Shown here: piece by piece, positions 8,832 to 20,532 of the stretch
How positions within the stretch are numbered: position 1 is the stretch's first letter
Layout of the letters: every line of letters starts with the position of its first letter
Source: Aureliella sp.
GTDB lineage: Bacteria; Planctomycetota; Planctomycetia; Pirellulales; Pirellulaceae
DNA: 64,000 nucleotides
Direction: 5' to 3'
Assembly: GCA_963691875.1 (NCBI GenBank)
Contig: OY829846.1
Location: forward strand, 1,056,001 to 1,120,000
Translations under genes and position numbers: made by a program
Notes under the pieces: generated by a model
Told to the model about the DNA's origin: nothing
Databases searched by the model: none
Seen by the model: only the letters and a program-made list of their open reading frames with translations

Positions 8832-10106
8832 CTAAGGTTCCTGAGTCCGCGCGTAAGTGAGTTTCACATGGGCCGGTAGGTCTGCCTTCAGTCTCACAAG
8901 CTCTTCAACATCGATCGTTAAACGTTCTAGCCCAATCTTGATCGGGGTCTTGCGAGAACCCAGGCGTCGAAGATGTTGGATTTTGATCCAACTGCCACCA
9001 AGAATGAGTTCCTCGATGCAGGGCATTCCCAGTAGTTCCTCCACCGTCGATGGTTCCAGGGGAGAGCAATCCGTCATTAAGAGTTTCCGGCTCCTTCTAG
9101 CACGCACAATATCCAACAAGCACTGATCCGAAAACTGGCAATATTGAAACATAATTGTGTTCTCAGCCGGTAATGTCGCGTCGACTTTCAGCGGGGAAAG
9201 ATCTTCGGGGAAACTAAGTCTCGTTATATTCAAATTAGGCGACGAAGTCTCAAAAAGAGCTGAAGCATTACGCGTAATCTGACTATTAAAGAATTTCATG
9301 TGTACCTGGGGCGAGAATCTTTTTAACGAAGCCCCGTCTACAACATGACAGTTGTAGAGCAGCAACGTTTTCAGCTTTGGCAGTTCTGCGCTGTTGCCAA
9401 ACGCAGGATCAACGCGACTATTCTTGAGGTGCATGTGCCAGAGTTCTGGGAAGTCCAGATTCTCATACCGCAGAACATCCGACTGCAATTCCATCATCGT
9501 ATCATTGGCTAAACTCCCGACTATCTCTAGCTCATCAGGTTCCGGCTCAACCAAGTGTATGCTCAAGAACGGTTTCAATGGACAGCCTTCAATCCAATCG
9601 ACAACAGGCTGCTCTAAACGAATGCCCGGTTCCTGCACATAGATCGAAACGAAACGAACTCTGTCTCGGGGAATTTGGCCGAGTTTTGACTGATCCAGTT
9701 GAGTCAGATCCATTTCGACGGAAACCAGTTCCGTATCGAAGGTATTACGAATCACAGAGCCAGCCCAACGCCAGTTCCCGTGTGGCAAGACCTGGAATTC
9801 ACTGATTCCCACGTCACTCAGCGTTCGTATTAGATGGCGGCTCTCAAACACTGTGCGAACAGGAATACATGCCACAGCGATCAGAATCGGAATGAAGATT
9901 ACGACTAGCTTCAGGCTCGAACGTCGACGAAACTGCAAAAGGATCACTGTGATGACGAGAATCACTGCGGCAGCTAGCCCAATCGAAACCGTCCAGACCG
10001 GGGCTGCGCGAAAGCTCCAGTAAAAGATGTAGGTCCAGAGACCCAGGACCAAGAATGCCCAACCTAGGCAACGCAAAATCTTCGGTACTGGCTGCAACTC
10101 TTGCAT
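8832..10106 (-). CDS. Membrane-anchored hypothetical protein with LRR-like C-terminal region
   Basis: Likely start MQELQPVP at 10106. Three N-terminal hydrophobic helices, then LxxLxL patterns (LPKLKTLLL, IEELILG). The ORF-track extension to 10685 overlaps adk on the other strand. Confidence 0.7.
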   Translation of the reverse strand: MQELQPVPKILRCLGWAFLVLGLWTYIFYWSFRAAPVWTVSIGLAAAVILVITVILLQFRRRSSLKLVVIFIPILIAVACIPVRTVFESRHLIRTLSDVGISEFQVLPHGNWRWAGSVIRNTFDTELVSVEMDLTQLDQSKLGQIPRDRVRFVSIYVQEPGIRLEQPVVDWIEGCPLKPFLSIHLVEPEPDELEIVGSLANDTMMELQSDVLRYENLDFPELWHMHLKNSRVDPAFGNSAELPKLKTLLLYNCHVVDGASLKRFSPQVHMKFFNSQITRNASALFETSSPNLNITRLSFPEDLSPLKVDATLPAENTIMFQYCQFSDQCLLDIVRARRSRKLLMTDCSPLEPSTVEELLGMPCIEELILGGSWIKIQHLRRLGSRKTPIKIGLERLTIDVEELVRLKADLPAHVKLTYARTQEP

Positions 10107-10359
10107 AGCTGGAGAATGGGTAACGTAGGCTGAATTCAAAGGCCCTGGACGCGGAGATTTCACGAGCTCAACGAGAATTGTACCCGTTGGTCCCAAACGC
10201 TGCCCAGATTTGCGTAAGTTATTGTGATGGGCGGCGTCTAGGCTAAGAACCAACTTGACCTTACCATTCTGGATTGCTTTGAAGAGAGCAACTGATGCTA
10301 GCACCTCCAACCGGAAACGCTGACACGGCCCGGCCAAAGATCGATTCCTGAGACCTCGC

Positions 10360-11568
10360 ATGACCAAACCAGATCTCTCCAACCGACCCGCAGCCGTCGA
10401 CAACTTAGAAGTCAAAGACGCGCAGGTTATCTTCACCAACGTGTGGAACGAACTCGAGGCTGAGTTTGGCAGGGAGAATCTGCATTTCTCAAAGGAATTG
10501 ATTCTTTTGGGCGGAGCTCCGGGGTCTGGAAAAGGCACCAACACCGAATTTATCATGCGCGCGAGAGATCTTACTTGCCCACCTATCGTCGTCAGTTCAC
10601 TGCTCGACACTCCCGAAGCACGGCGTATCAAAGAAGCTGGCGGGATGGTAGGCGACCGCGAAGTCGTCGGACTGGTCTTTCGCAAGCTGCTTGAACCCGA
10701 CTTTCGCGATGGATGCGTTTTGGACGGATTTCCGAGAACCGGTGTTCAAGTCGAATGCTTGAAGCTGTTGGTCCAGAAGATGAATCAGCTTTACAGGCTT
10801 TATCGTACCACGCCGATGGCTGCAAACTTTCGCAAGCCGACGATTCATGTGATGGTGCTTTTCGTCGATGAGAAGACGAGCGTGGATCGCCAACTGAAAC
10901 GCGGACGTGAAATTGCTGACTTGAACGCTCGTGCCGTCGCTGAAGGCGATTCACCGCCCTTCGTCGAGCGAGCAACTGACAAAGACCCGAACGCGGCAAA
11001 GCACCGGTACCGAGTCTTCAAGGAACAGACTTGGGAAGCACTGCAGTCGCTGAAGCAACATTTCCATTACCATTTCATCAATGCTCAAGGAAACGTCGAG
11101 AGTGTTGAGAAGAACATCATCAAGGAGCTCGACTACCAAAGCTCACTTGAGCTCGACCCCAAGACATACGACTCGGTTCGACATCTGCCGCTCGCATCCG
11201 ATCTGGCGATTCACGCGCGGCAAGAGTTAGTTAAACGCATGGATGGCTACCAGCGCGAGCATCAAGATCTCTTCCAACAAGTAATCAAGTTGATTGAAGA
11301 AAGATTTATCCCCATTGTGACCCGGCACGCCATTCCTGGCATGGCCGTCGTCAACTCGGAGGACCCTTTGTTTGAACAGCCACTTGCACTCGCGATGGTG
11401 ATCGACATTTTCTCAGAGCGAGGATTCAAGGCGGTTGCCAATATCAACTTGGCGGACGTCCCAAGCCGCATTGACCTTCAGACCGGTGAAATCACGCTTA
11501 CTCGCAAGAAGATCTACCGTTTCCAAATCCGCTTCGGGGGTTCTCAAATCCGCCGCGGCGAGGACTGA
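10360..11568 (+). CDS. Adenylate-kinase-like nucleoside monophosphate kinase with long C-terminal extension
   Basis: P-loop GGAPGSGKGT, GGMVGD and LDGFPRT. At 402 aa it is about twice the size of a canonical Adk. Confidence 0.85.
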   Translation: MTKPDLSNRPAAVDNLEVKDAQVIFTNVWNELEAEFGRENLHFSKELILLGGAPGSGKGTNTEFIMRARDLTCPPIVVSSLLDTPEARRIKEAGGMVGDREVVGLVFRKLLEPDFRDGCVLDGFPRTGVQVECLKLLVQKMNQLYRLYRTTPMAANFRKPTIHVMVLFVDEKTSVDRQLKRGREIADLNARAVAEGDSPPFVERATDKDPNAAKHRYRVFKEQTWEALQSLKQHFHYHFINAQGNVESVEKNIIKELDYQSSLELDPKTYDSVRHLPLASDLAIHARQELVKRMDGYQREHQDLFQQVIKLIEERFIPIVTRHAIPGMAVVNSEDPLFEQPLALAMVIDIFSERGFKAVANINLADVPSRIDLQTGEITLTRKKIYRFQIRFGGSQIRRGED

Positions 11569-12154
11569 TTCTATCACGGTGATTCATCTGAAACCCGTAG
11601 TAGAGTAACTCAAGACTTTCCGGCGTAGTGAATGAGGTCACGAATCCTGGAGCAGAGCTCTCACTGCTGGTGGCTCCATGATTAATCCCCTATCACAACG
11701 AATGAGAACTGCTTGTCAGAGGAACCGCGATGCCGTCGGAGCGCTCACGCCTTTGGCCATCAAGAATCGGTGCAGTCTGCGTTCATATTGTTTTCTAGAG
11801 CCCCCTGTTCCCGGCCAAGACTGAACTATGATGGATAACAAATTACGCACGCGAAAGCCAACAATCGCGACCGAAGAGGCGACGCAACTTTTCGCTGACC
11901 AGTCGGAGTTGACCAACGCGTTCGGAATGGATTTCGCACGCACAGAGCCGACACATGGAGAGTTTGCTCAGCTTTCAAAGGATTTATCCAAGAGCTGATT
12001 GTTATTCGATACGACGTCGTGCAAAACAATTTTGCGTTCGACCAGAACTGAAGACAAAAGCGCTGGATCGCGGTCCCTCTTCCTGCACCCAAGAAATTGG
12101 ACGAGTAGACGCGGTGTTTCGGCAGGGCAGGATAACACGCAAAACGCGGGTTGC

Positions 12155-13183
12155 TTACCTGCCGAAATCAGCCAGGAATCCGAGTCCATTACCGGCGTGG
12201 ACTTGATAAACGAGCTTAGCAAACAAGAACATCCAAAGCGTTAGGCTTGGCTCATTCTCAAGACTGTAGGATATCTCACTCTGCACCCAACGCAAATCAG
12301 CCTTGCCACGCAAGACGCTTTCTTCGCGATAAACCGTTGGCCAAACACAATTCCAGACTTGGCGCAGTTGTGAAGGAAAATTTTTGTCGTCTTGCAAGGC
12401 TTCATGCAAAAAGCTCAGCGATGGCACACATTCAAACCAATCGTTGTTGCCTGCATCAGCCGCTGGTCGCTTCGTTGCTCGCACACTCTTCGACGCCCGA
12501 GTCGCGATGTCGAGTAGCAAGTCGTCAAAGTTGTTTGGACTAGGTCGATTGACTTCTGCCGATTCGTCATAAGACATGACAAGCCAATCGGGTGTGGCGA
12601 ACTGGATATGCCAAGCTTGCTCCCGCCACTCGGCCTTGCAAGGCAACTTGAGATTTGAGTTCTTACCCCAAGCATTGAAGTCAAAACTTTTCTGCTGACG
12701 CACCGCTGCCTCACGAACCAAAGTTGTCCAATCCGCCTGGGTAACTCTCGCCTCCAAGTCAATCGGAAAGCTAGATAGGCCCAAAACTCCAAACCAAGTT
12801 TCTAGACTAGAAACCTCGCAGGGCACGGACTGGTGGTAGACAATGTCCACGTTGCTCGGAAACAACCAATCGCTTTGTCTGGCTGGGACGATCGCCAGCA
12901 AATCGAGCAGGTTTTGCTCGCTGGCAATTTCAAACAACCCTTTCGCTGCCGCCTCGGGTTCTACTGCCTGCGAGTGCCGAACAAGTTGATTTACCATATC
13001 CAGCCGCGGCTTGACCTGACGCGCGAATGGATTGCTAGCCGACTTGACAAGAGCTTGAATCCAGCTGGCAGTAAACGGTTGACTCAAGGAAACGACTTCA
13101 GGTTGGTAACTCGGGTTAGAACAGGGCGAAGTATTTTTGCAGAAAGCCAACCTGACCGCTACGCCAACCTTGACGATCATCAA
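12155..13183 (-). CDS. Hypothetical protein; 3' end possibly disrupted (fragments continue to ~11716)
   Basis: 342-aa ORF with no recognised motif. ORFs 11968-12222 and 11716-11943 share a frame with each other and may be a decayed continuation. Confidence 0.45.
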   Translation of the reverse strand: MMIVKVGVAVRLAFCKNTSPCSNPSYQPEVVSLSQPFTASWIQALVKSASNPFARQVKPRLDMVNQLVRHSQAVEPEAAAKGLFEIASEQNLLDLLAIVPARQSDWLFPSNVDIVYHQSVPCEVSSLETWFGVLGLSSFPIDLEARVTQADWTTLVREAAVRQQKSFDFNAWGKNSNLKLPCKAEWREQAWHIQFATPDWLVMSYDESAEVNRPSPNNFDDLLLDIATRASKSVRATKRPAADAGNNDWFECVPSLSFLHEALQDDKNFPSQLRQVWNCVWPTVYREESVLRGKADLRWVQSEISYSLENEPSLTLWMFLFAKLVYQVHAGNGLGFLADFGR

Positions 13184-14342
13184 TCTGGGGCGAAGACGCG
13201 GGTCGAAGGGTGATGCTCGCTAGTACCAGCAATAGGCCCAACGATAAGAACGCGTTGTTAGCTTCAAGCCGTTTGAGCTGGCCTAGCCTCGGATCCGCCA
13301 AAGTTTGCCCCTGAAATACTGCAGACAGGACTCCGGTTTCGACGGCTAGCGCGACCGTTAGCCAGGAGGCACCTTGGTACGCGTAAAACGCTTAGTAGAA
13401 GTCCTCCGGGAAATCACGAAATCCAAACGTCGCATACTCGAAGACCAGGTAGCCAGCTTACAGCAAAATGACGCACAGCAATGTGCTTCGGTAGGCAGAA
13501 TGCATACACTCGCTCGCTTTCTCGCCTAACAGCTCGGAACGAGTCTTCTCTGGTAAGAGCTGCATCGCATCTGGATAAATAGAGCCCAGAAGCACTGCGA
13601 CGCTGCAGAACCAGAAAATGGCTTGCCCCGGACTGAGGCTACAAACGTAGGTCCAAATGGAAGTCCACACCGATTCGATCCACGCAGAAAACTATTGGGC
13701 GAAATCAGGATTGGCCAACACGAAAAGCGTTGAAAACAACACGACTGCTCCTACCTACAAGGTGCATTGCGGCGCGAAAGCAGGTCCCATTGCACCAGTT
13801 GCCTTGTCAATTCCGGAGAATCAAACTCCGCGTATCCGTGTGATAACTCCTTGCAGACAATCAGCGAAGAACTCCAGCAGCCAAGGAAAGCACGGCGTCA
13901 CGCGAGTCATTGACATGGCAATTGCCGTTAAACGCAGTCAACCACAACCAACTTGTGGCCTACTACCACACCAGACAAGTTTAAGGACGAGTAAGACCAA
14001 CGGTGCCGCAAGGCCAAGTGTTGTGGTGCTCGCTTTATATCCCCTTTTTGCGAAAGTAAACACAAGCATTGCAAATGCAAAACTGCAGAGCCAAAGCAAG
14101 AAAGTTCCCATACTGGAAAACGAGAAAATCGCGCACAGTCGCCCATATGAAAGACCGAGCAAGTCGACCCCCAAGTACTTTCCAACGACCACAAGGATAG
14201 GCTTGGGCTGTTTCGCTGAAGAGTCGTCCACCGCTTCTGCTGTTATGAGCGGATCCGCCGGCTCAATAACTGCAGATTCAGTACTCTGCACACTGGGCGA
14301 ATCTGAAGATGGCGAGACTTGCTCTACGTTCTGACCAATCAC
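13180..14342 (-). pseudogene. DUF4153/DUF4173-type multi-pass membrane protein pseudogene
   Basis: Reading through stops gives VVLFSTLFVLANPDF and SAYRSTLLCVILL*AGYLVFEYATFGFRDFPEDFY*AFYAYQGASWLTVALA, with TAA stops at 13458-13460 and 13392-13394. Ends are approximate. Confidence 0.65.
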
Positions 14343-14708
14343 AGGAGCATCGACGGAAACTAGATTCTCTTCCGAGGGCGTCAGCTCTCCTCTTCGCGTT
14401 CTGGACCATCTGGCTCAACCATTTCAAGTTCCTTCCTCTCATCCTCTTTAAAGACGATGCAGCCACAAACAAAATGCATTTTCGCAGTAGTGACTCGATT
14501 CGGAGTCTGCCAAGCGAGAAACGGTGAACTTAACTCCGATTCCAGTTTGCGTTTATGAAGAACTAAATAGAAGGATGGGTGGGTTATGTGCATTTATTCA
14601 TTCTGGTTCAGAGATTTAACACTTTTCCTTCGGCTAATTTGTCCGATAGACTGACAACTAGCCTTCAGTCAATTGCGAGTCACGCTGAAGTTGAAAGAGT
14701 AAAGCCAA

Positions 14709-17700
14709 TGCCAGAGCACAGAACAATCCTTCGACAAGCAACTATGAGCGTGCGATTCTCGTTGTGGCTTGCCAATGCTCCCTTTTTCCAGCTCGGCTTG
14801 CTTGTACTGCTCACTCTCACCGCGCCAAATGTACTTTTGGCAGATCGATTCCGCACCGTAGTTCTGAGTGAAGCGTTCGAAAGTGAGGGGGCGGCAATCG
14901 CAGATCTTGATGACGATGACGTCGCTGACATTGTCTCCGGCGCATTCTGGTACAAAGGACCCGATTTTCAAACTCGTCACACGTACGCGGAGGCCAAGGA
15001 GTACTCAATTGCAGGATACTCAGATTACTTCTTCACCTTCGCGCATGATTTTGATGACGATGGAGATATTGACATTCTCTCCATCCCCATTCCCGGCGGT
15101 GCTGCTCAACTACATTTGAATCCCGGACATAGCGAAATTGGGGCGGATCTAACTTGGCCATCACATCTGGTTCTAAAAGACGTCGGGAATGAATCTCCGA
15201 CGCTCGTGGATTTCGATGGTGACGGAGACATGGAGCTAGTTTGCATTCAAGGCGGAGAATTTGGCTACGCCAAACCCGATTTGGATCTCACACATCACTG
15301 GAAATTCGAAGCTATCGGTCAGCGTGCCGGACTTGGTCGCTTTACTCATGGTCTTGGCGTGGGCGACGTCGACGGTGACGGCAAGATGGACTTGCTAGAA
15401 AGAAACGGCTGGTGGCGACAGCCAGCTGAAGAGGACAAAGCATTTCAATTCTATCCAGCGAAATTCGCCGAGTCAGGCGGTGCTCAGATGTTTGCCTATG
15501 ACTTCGATGGAGACGGCGACAACGACATCGTCTCTTCTCAGAACGCACATGGTTATGGCTTGTGCTGGTTTGAGCGTCGCGGCTCAAATTTGAGTGATTG
15601 TTTTTTCGTCAAGCACCAGATCATGGGTTCGAAGCATTCAGACAATCCCTACGGACTCTCCATCAGCCAGCTCCATGCGCTGGCGCTAGCCGATATCGAC
15701 GGCGATGGCGTCAAAGATATTGTTACCGGTAAACGTTTTTGGGCCCACAGCGGCGAGGATCCTGGATCGCAGCAGCTACCTGTCTTTGTATTGGTTTAAA
15801 ACAAAGCGAAGTCGGCTAGGCGTCGAGTTTGTTCCAATGCACATTCATGATCGCATTGGTTTAGGAACACAGCTTGTCACTGGCGACGTCGATGGCAACG
15901 GCCATGAGGACATTGTTGTCGGCAACAAACTTGGCACCTTCCTTCAGCTGAATAGAGGCATAGAGGAGCCGCAGCCGCAGCAGTCCAATCTTCTTCCCTC
16001 TATTGTCGGGACTGCAGATTTCACAGGCGGTGTGCGTTCCACCGAGCCACGCTCCCCCGCAGAGGAAAGAGCTAGCTTTGTACTGCCTTACGGCTTTGAA
16101 GCACAATTGTTTGCAAGTGAGCCGCAGATTGCAAAACCGCTCAACATGGCTTTCAATCATCGCGGGCGTTTATGGATCACCAATACCGTCGAATACCCCC
16201 ACCCGGCGCCAATTGGCGAGAAAGGACGAGACTCGATCAAGATTTTGGAGGACACGACGGGTGATGGTCGAGCCGACAAAGTCACCACTTTCGCAGACGG
16301 ACTGAACATCCCAATGGGGCTGTATCCGTACGCTGATGGAGTTATCTGTTTTAGCATCCCCAACATCCTCTATCTTCGCGACACAGACGGTGACGGTGTG
16401 GCAGACGAGCGAGAAGTGCTATACGGACCATTTGATACAACTCGCGACACTCATGGAATGTGCAATGCATTCACCCGAAGTTACGATGGCTGGTTGTATG
16501 CGTGCCATGGCTTCAACAACCAGTCTCAAGTTTCCGGTACAGACGGTCACACGGTCACGATGCACTCGGGCAATACCTTCCGCATGAAACTTGATGGCTC
16601 GCGCATAGAGCACTTTACCCATGGCCAAGTCAATCCATTCGGAATGGCAGTCGACCCACACGGTGACTTTTTCACAGCAGACTGCCACACAAAACCTGTC
16701 ACATTGCTCATCGAAAGCGGGTTTAATGAGAGTTTTGGCAAGCCTCATGACGGCCTCGGCTTCACGCCTCAGCTCATGGAACACTTGCATGGCAGTACGG
16801 CGATTGGAGGAATTGCACTCTACCATGCCAAGTCCTTCCCAAAAGAATACCGAGGCTCCGCCTTCGGTGGAAATGTGATGACCAGCCGGATCAATCGAAA
16901 CTCGATCCAACAGCGGGGTGGAAGTCTTGTTGCGCGAGAAGAACCTGACTTTCTCATCTCAGGTGATCCATGGTTCCGTCCTGTCGATCTACAAGTTGGA
17001 CCTGACGGCGCTATGTATGTCGCAGATTTCTACAACAAGATCATTGGCCATTACGAAGTCCCACTGGATCATCCTGGCCGAGATCGGCATCGCGGAAGAA
17101 TATGGCGAATCGTTTACAAGGGAAAGCGATTCGAAACAGAACCGCATTCCAGTGCGTCCTTGCAGCTTGCCACCAGTCTTGACGATGCGCTTGCCGCTTT
17201 GAGATCGGACAATCTATCCAAGCGAATGCTGGCGACAGACGAAATTGTGGATAAGCATGTTAAAGAATCGAGCCTCGACAGGCTGCATCAAAGTCTGTTG
17301 AGCGCGTCGAGCTCTAATGAAAAAGTACACATACTCTGGGCCCTCGCTCGACTTGATGAGCTCAAAGCTGAAGAGCTGGAGACGTGCCTAAGCGACACGG
17401 ATGCTCGAGTCCGTGGCCACTGCTACCAAGTACTAGCTACATTCCCTGAGCGCACTCTGCAAACTGACGAATGGATCAAATCGGGCTTCCAAGATCCAAA
17501 CCCACGAATACGACGATACGCGGCCGGGGCTGCGGCGAAGTTATGCTCAAAAGAATTAATAACTCCAATTCTAAGTTGCCTAATCGATAGTAGAGGTGAT
17601 CCGCACTTGCATTATGCGCTTCGCATTGCCCTCAGAAATCACTTGAAGGATGAATCCTGGTTCAAAGCCTTGACGCCGCAGTTCTCGAGCCAACAAAGAG

Positions 17701-19456
17701 CTGAAGTAATCGACATCTGCCTCGCGTTAAAGACAAACTATGCAGGACAGTTCATCGCAGCGAATTTGGACTTAGTTCGGGACTCCAATCCAAAGAAGTT
17801 GTCGGAGTGCCTTACTTTTGCCAGTCGATTCGCGTCTTTGGAGAACCTGCATGAAATCATCGATCTCTCACGCGACAGCTTCGAATCAGACTTGCCAAAA
17901 CAAGAAGAACTCTTGCGATCGGTCAGCAGCGGCTTGTCACAACGCGGGCTTGAGCCGACGGCCGCACTCAAACAGTGGACAGAAGCTCTTGCACGAAATT
18001 ACCTGAACATCGGTCCCGCGGAGAACACAATCATCCTCGACCAAGCAAGTATTCCGTGGTCGCATGTAGCCGCTGGGGAAGCGTCCAAGCCAAGCAATAC
18101 CTGGCAACTGTCAAACAGGAGGAATTCCGCTGACGGGGAACAGTCTACGTTGCTTCATAGTAGTTTTCTGGCAGGAGAGCAGAAAGTTGGCACATACCGT
18201 AGCGGCACCTTCACGTTATCGATGCCATTCAGCTTCTATGTTGCAGGCCACGACGGATTTCCAGACAAACCCCTGCAAGGAAACAACTTCGTTCGTCTGT
18301 GTGACGCAACAACCCACCGTGAACTAGTGAGTTGGCCAGCACCGCGTAATGATATGGCCAAACGAGTCGAATGGCTCGATACCCAACACGAAGGCCGTCG
18401 AGTTTATGTGGAACTTGTTGACGGAGATTCTGCCAACGCTTACGCATGGCTAGCCGTTGGACGCTTCTCGGAAGAAGGACTCAATCCGAGTAATTCCGCC
18501 ACGCGATATCTCCGTGCCGCCAGACTTGTACGCGACTTGAAGATTCGTAACCTCACGCCCGTGATGCTGCTACTCATGTCGAATCCAGCAGAAACAAATG
18601 AGCATTCATCACAGTTTGCCAAAGCATATGCAGCTATCCACTCAGGTCCCTGTGCGACGGCCCTTGCTGAAGCCATTTCTTTTCCCAGCACAGACGCAGA
18701 ATTACGTTCAGTGCTCATCAAGCTTTTGGAAAATAGAGAAAGTGCAGCTGATTCTGTTCGCAAGGCTATGTCTAGCGTGATGCGTGTTGCTACTGCCGCC
18801 GAACAAAGAAACTTGGCGTTAGAGCTGTCCCGCAACCATACCGGCATCACTGTGTTGTTAGAACTTGTCGAGGCAGGCAGTGCTTCTCCTAGCTTGTTAA
18901 TCGATCCCGTCGTCGCGGCCCGGTTGGAAACGCTGGGCAACGAGCGGGAGATAGCCTTGGCCAGCTACTTGACGACCGGGCTGACTAGCGACGACCAAGA
19001 CGTGAGAGCAGCTATCCAAAGGCGTCGCCAAGCTTACATGACGGATGCCGGCGAAGTATCTAGAGGTGCAATCGTCTTTAGCAAGAACTGTGCGAACTGT
19101 CACCGAGTCGAGGGTAAGGGCTCGGAGGTCGGCCCCAACCTAGATGGCATCGGGAATCGAGGCCTCGATCGCTTACTCGAAGACGTATTGCTGCCGAACC
19201 GCAATATCGACAACGCCTTTCGATCAACCACTGTTATCACAGAAGACGGGAATGTCTTAAGCGGCCTGGTAAAGAGAATCGTTGGAAAACAGCTTTTGCT
19301 GGTTGATCAGACTGGAAGAGAACACACCGTCGCAACGGACGCAATTGCCTCAAAAAAACGGTACGTTTGTCACCAATGCCAAGTAACTTCCACGAACTCC
19401 TCACGGAGGATCAGCTTAGAGATCTGCTGGCCTATCTGCTGTCGCTCACAAATTAA
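14709..19456 (+). CDS. FG-GAP/VCBS-repeat + PVC-type membrane-bound dehydrogenase / CxxCH heme-binding protein (two 1-nt frameshifts)
   Basis: DxDGDGxxD repeats; PQIAKPLNMAF..GRLW and DPWFRPVD..GPDGAMYVADFY domain; HEAT-like middle; CANCH..GPNLDGIG. Removing one T at 15785-15787 joins the two ORFs (PVLYWFK). Adding one A to the A7 run at 19352-19358 restores the family C-terminus SPMPSNF..DLLAYL, with stop at 19454-19456. Confidence 0.85.
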
Positions 19457-19488
19457 TAGTCATTGAAAATGCCCGCGGACGAGCGGTA

Positions 19489-19644
19489 CTAATCCATCGC
19501 GTCCAGTTGCTTCTGAATCGCGTCGGCTTCGGCGGTCTTCTCGTCGCTCTTCTTGCGATCAACCGTAGACAACTCATACGCCTCGCGAAGTAATTTCTCA
19601 TACTTCGCTTGCAACTTTTCTTTCTTCGATTTCATCCCGAACAT
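19489..19644 (-). CDS. Small protein, Lacal_2735-family-like (51 aa)
   Basis: Manual translation MFGMKSKKEKLQAKYEKLLREAYELSTVDRKKSDEKTAEADAIQKQLDAMD. Below the ORF-track length cutoff. Confidence 0.8.
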   Translation of the reverse strand: MFGMKSKKEKLQAKYEKLLREAYELSTVDRKKSDEKTAEADAIQKQLDAMD

Positions 19645-20532
19645 ATACTTGCCCTTAACCGTTTAAGATACGGATTGAAATTTATCAGAATTCCTGCCAA
19701 GGTCATCCATACCTCCCTAACTTCGACTGAGGCACGGACTGCATCCATCGTAAGAACGATACGTTTCTTCTTGAGTCGCTCGCTTATTACGCAGATACTT
19801 TAGTTGCTCTTCAAGATCTCTAGCAGCTAAGCAATGAAAGCCAGGCCGACTGTCGTAAATCGATAAAGTCACCTCGTTGACTAGTTAGTCACGAAACTCC
19901 ATGCATCCTTTCGTCGACCAGTCCGTTCGTTTGGCAAGAATGACTTTGCACACACACCAACGTGGAAGGAAAACTTACCGGCATCCTCGACCGAAGTCAG
20001 GTTGTCGTCGAGCAAACAACGGGGCGCTTTCTTGTGTACTTTTCGTCCGAGTCAACCTGCGAATCCAGCGCGCCAAACTGGGCCAAAGGAAAGTACTTGC
20101 TCGCTAGGAACGCCGCGATGAAATAGGCAGGTGAGGATCACTCAGCTTTCAGCGTCGCTGATAGCTTCCGGATTTACTGGAAACCTACAGCGAAGGACGC
20201 TTCCCAGAACTTAGTGGCGTGTTCGCTCTTTGCTGACAGATCATTTGTAAGGCTTCGAAAGCAACAAGTAGGTAGTTGAGGTGCCGAGAAAGAAGAGTCT
20301 AGGTTTTCTTACCTCTGCCTGAAGCGAGCACGTTCGGCTCACTTGTGCAAATCGAAAGACCGATTGAAGTAACCGACACCACGATGGAGGTTGACGAAGT
20401 CTATTGTCGCTGCCATCATCTTCGATAACTCATTCAGGGCGCTGAGCGCGGTTCACAGAGGGTGAACAACCGCGGCGCTTGGCCCTCGGTGTTTCATGCC
20501 GCCAGTGGGCCCATCTCATTTTGGAGCCCGCA

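Noticed and set aside
10107..10685. N-terminal extension of ORF 8832-10685
   Set aside because: Overlaps the adk-like gene on the other strand. Protein-like sequence begins at the ATG at 10106.
11968..11970. In-frame TGA between ORFs 11968-12222 and 11716-11943 as a second Sec codon
   Set aside because: No redox-motif context and no recognisable family. Gene decay is the simpler explanation.
13657..14334. 225-aa plus-strand ORF
   Set aside because: Antisense to the DUF4153-like pseudogene, with shadow-like composition.
20100..20532. tnaC-like leader peptide
   Set aside because: No short ORF with the W-x3-D...P-stop pattern was found by eye.
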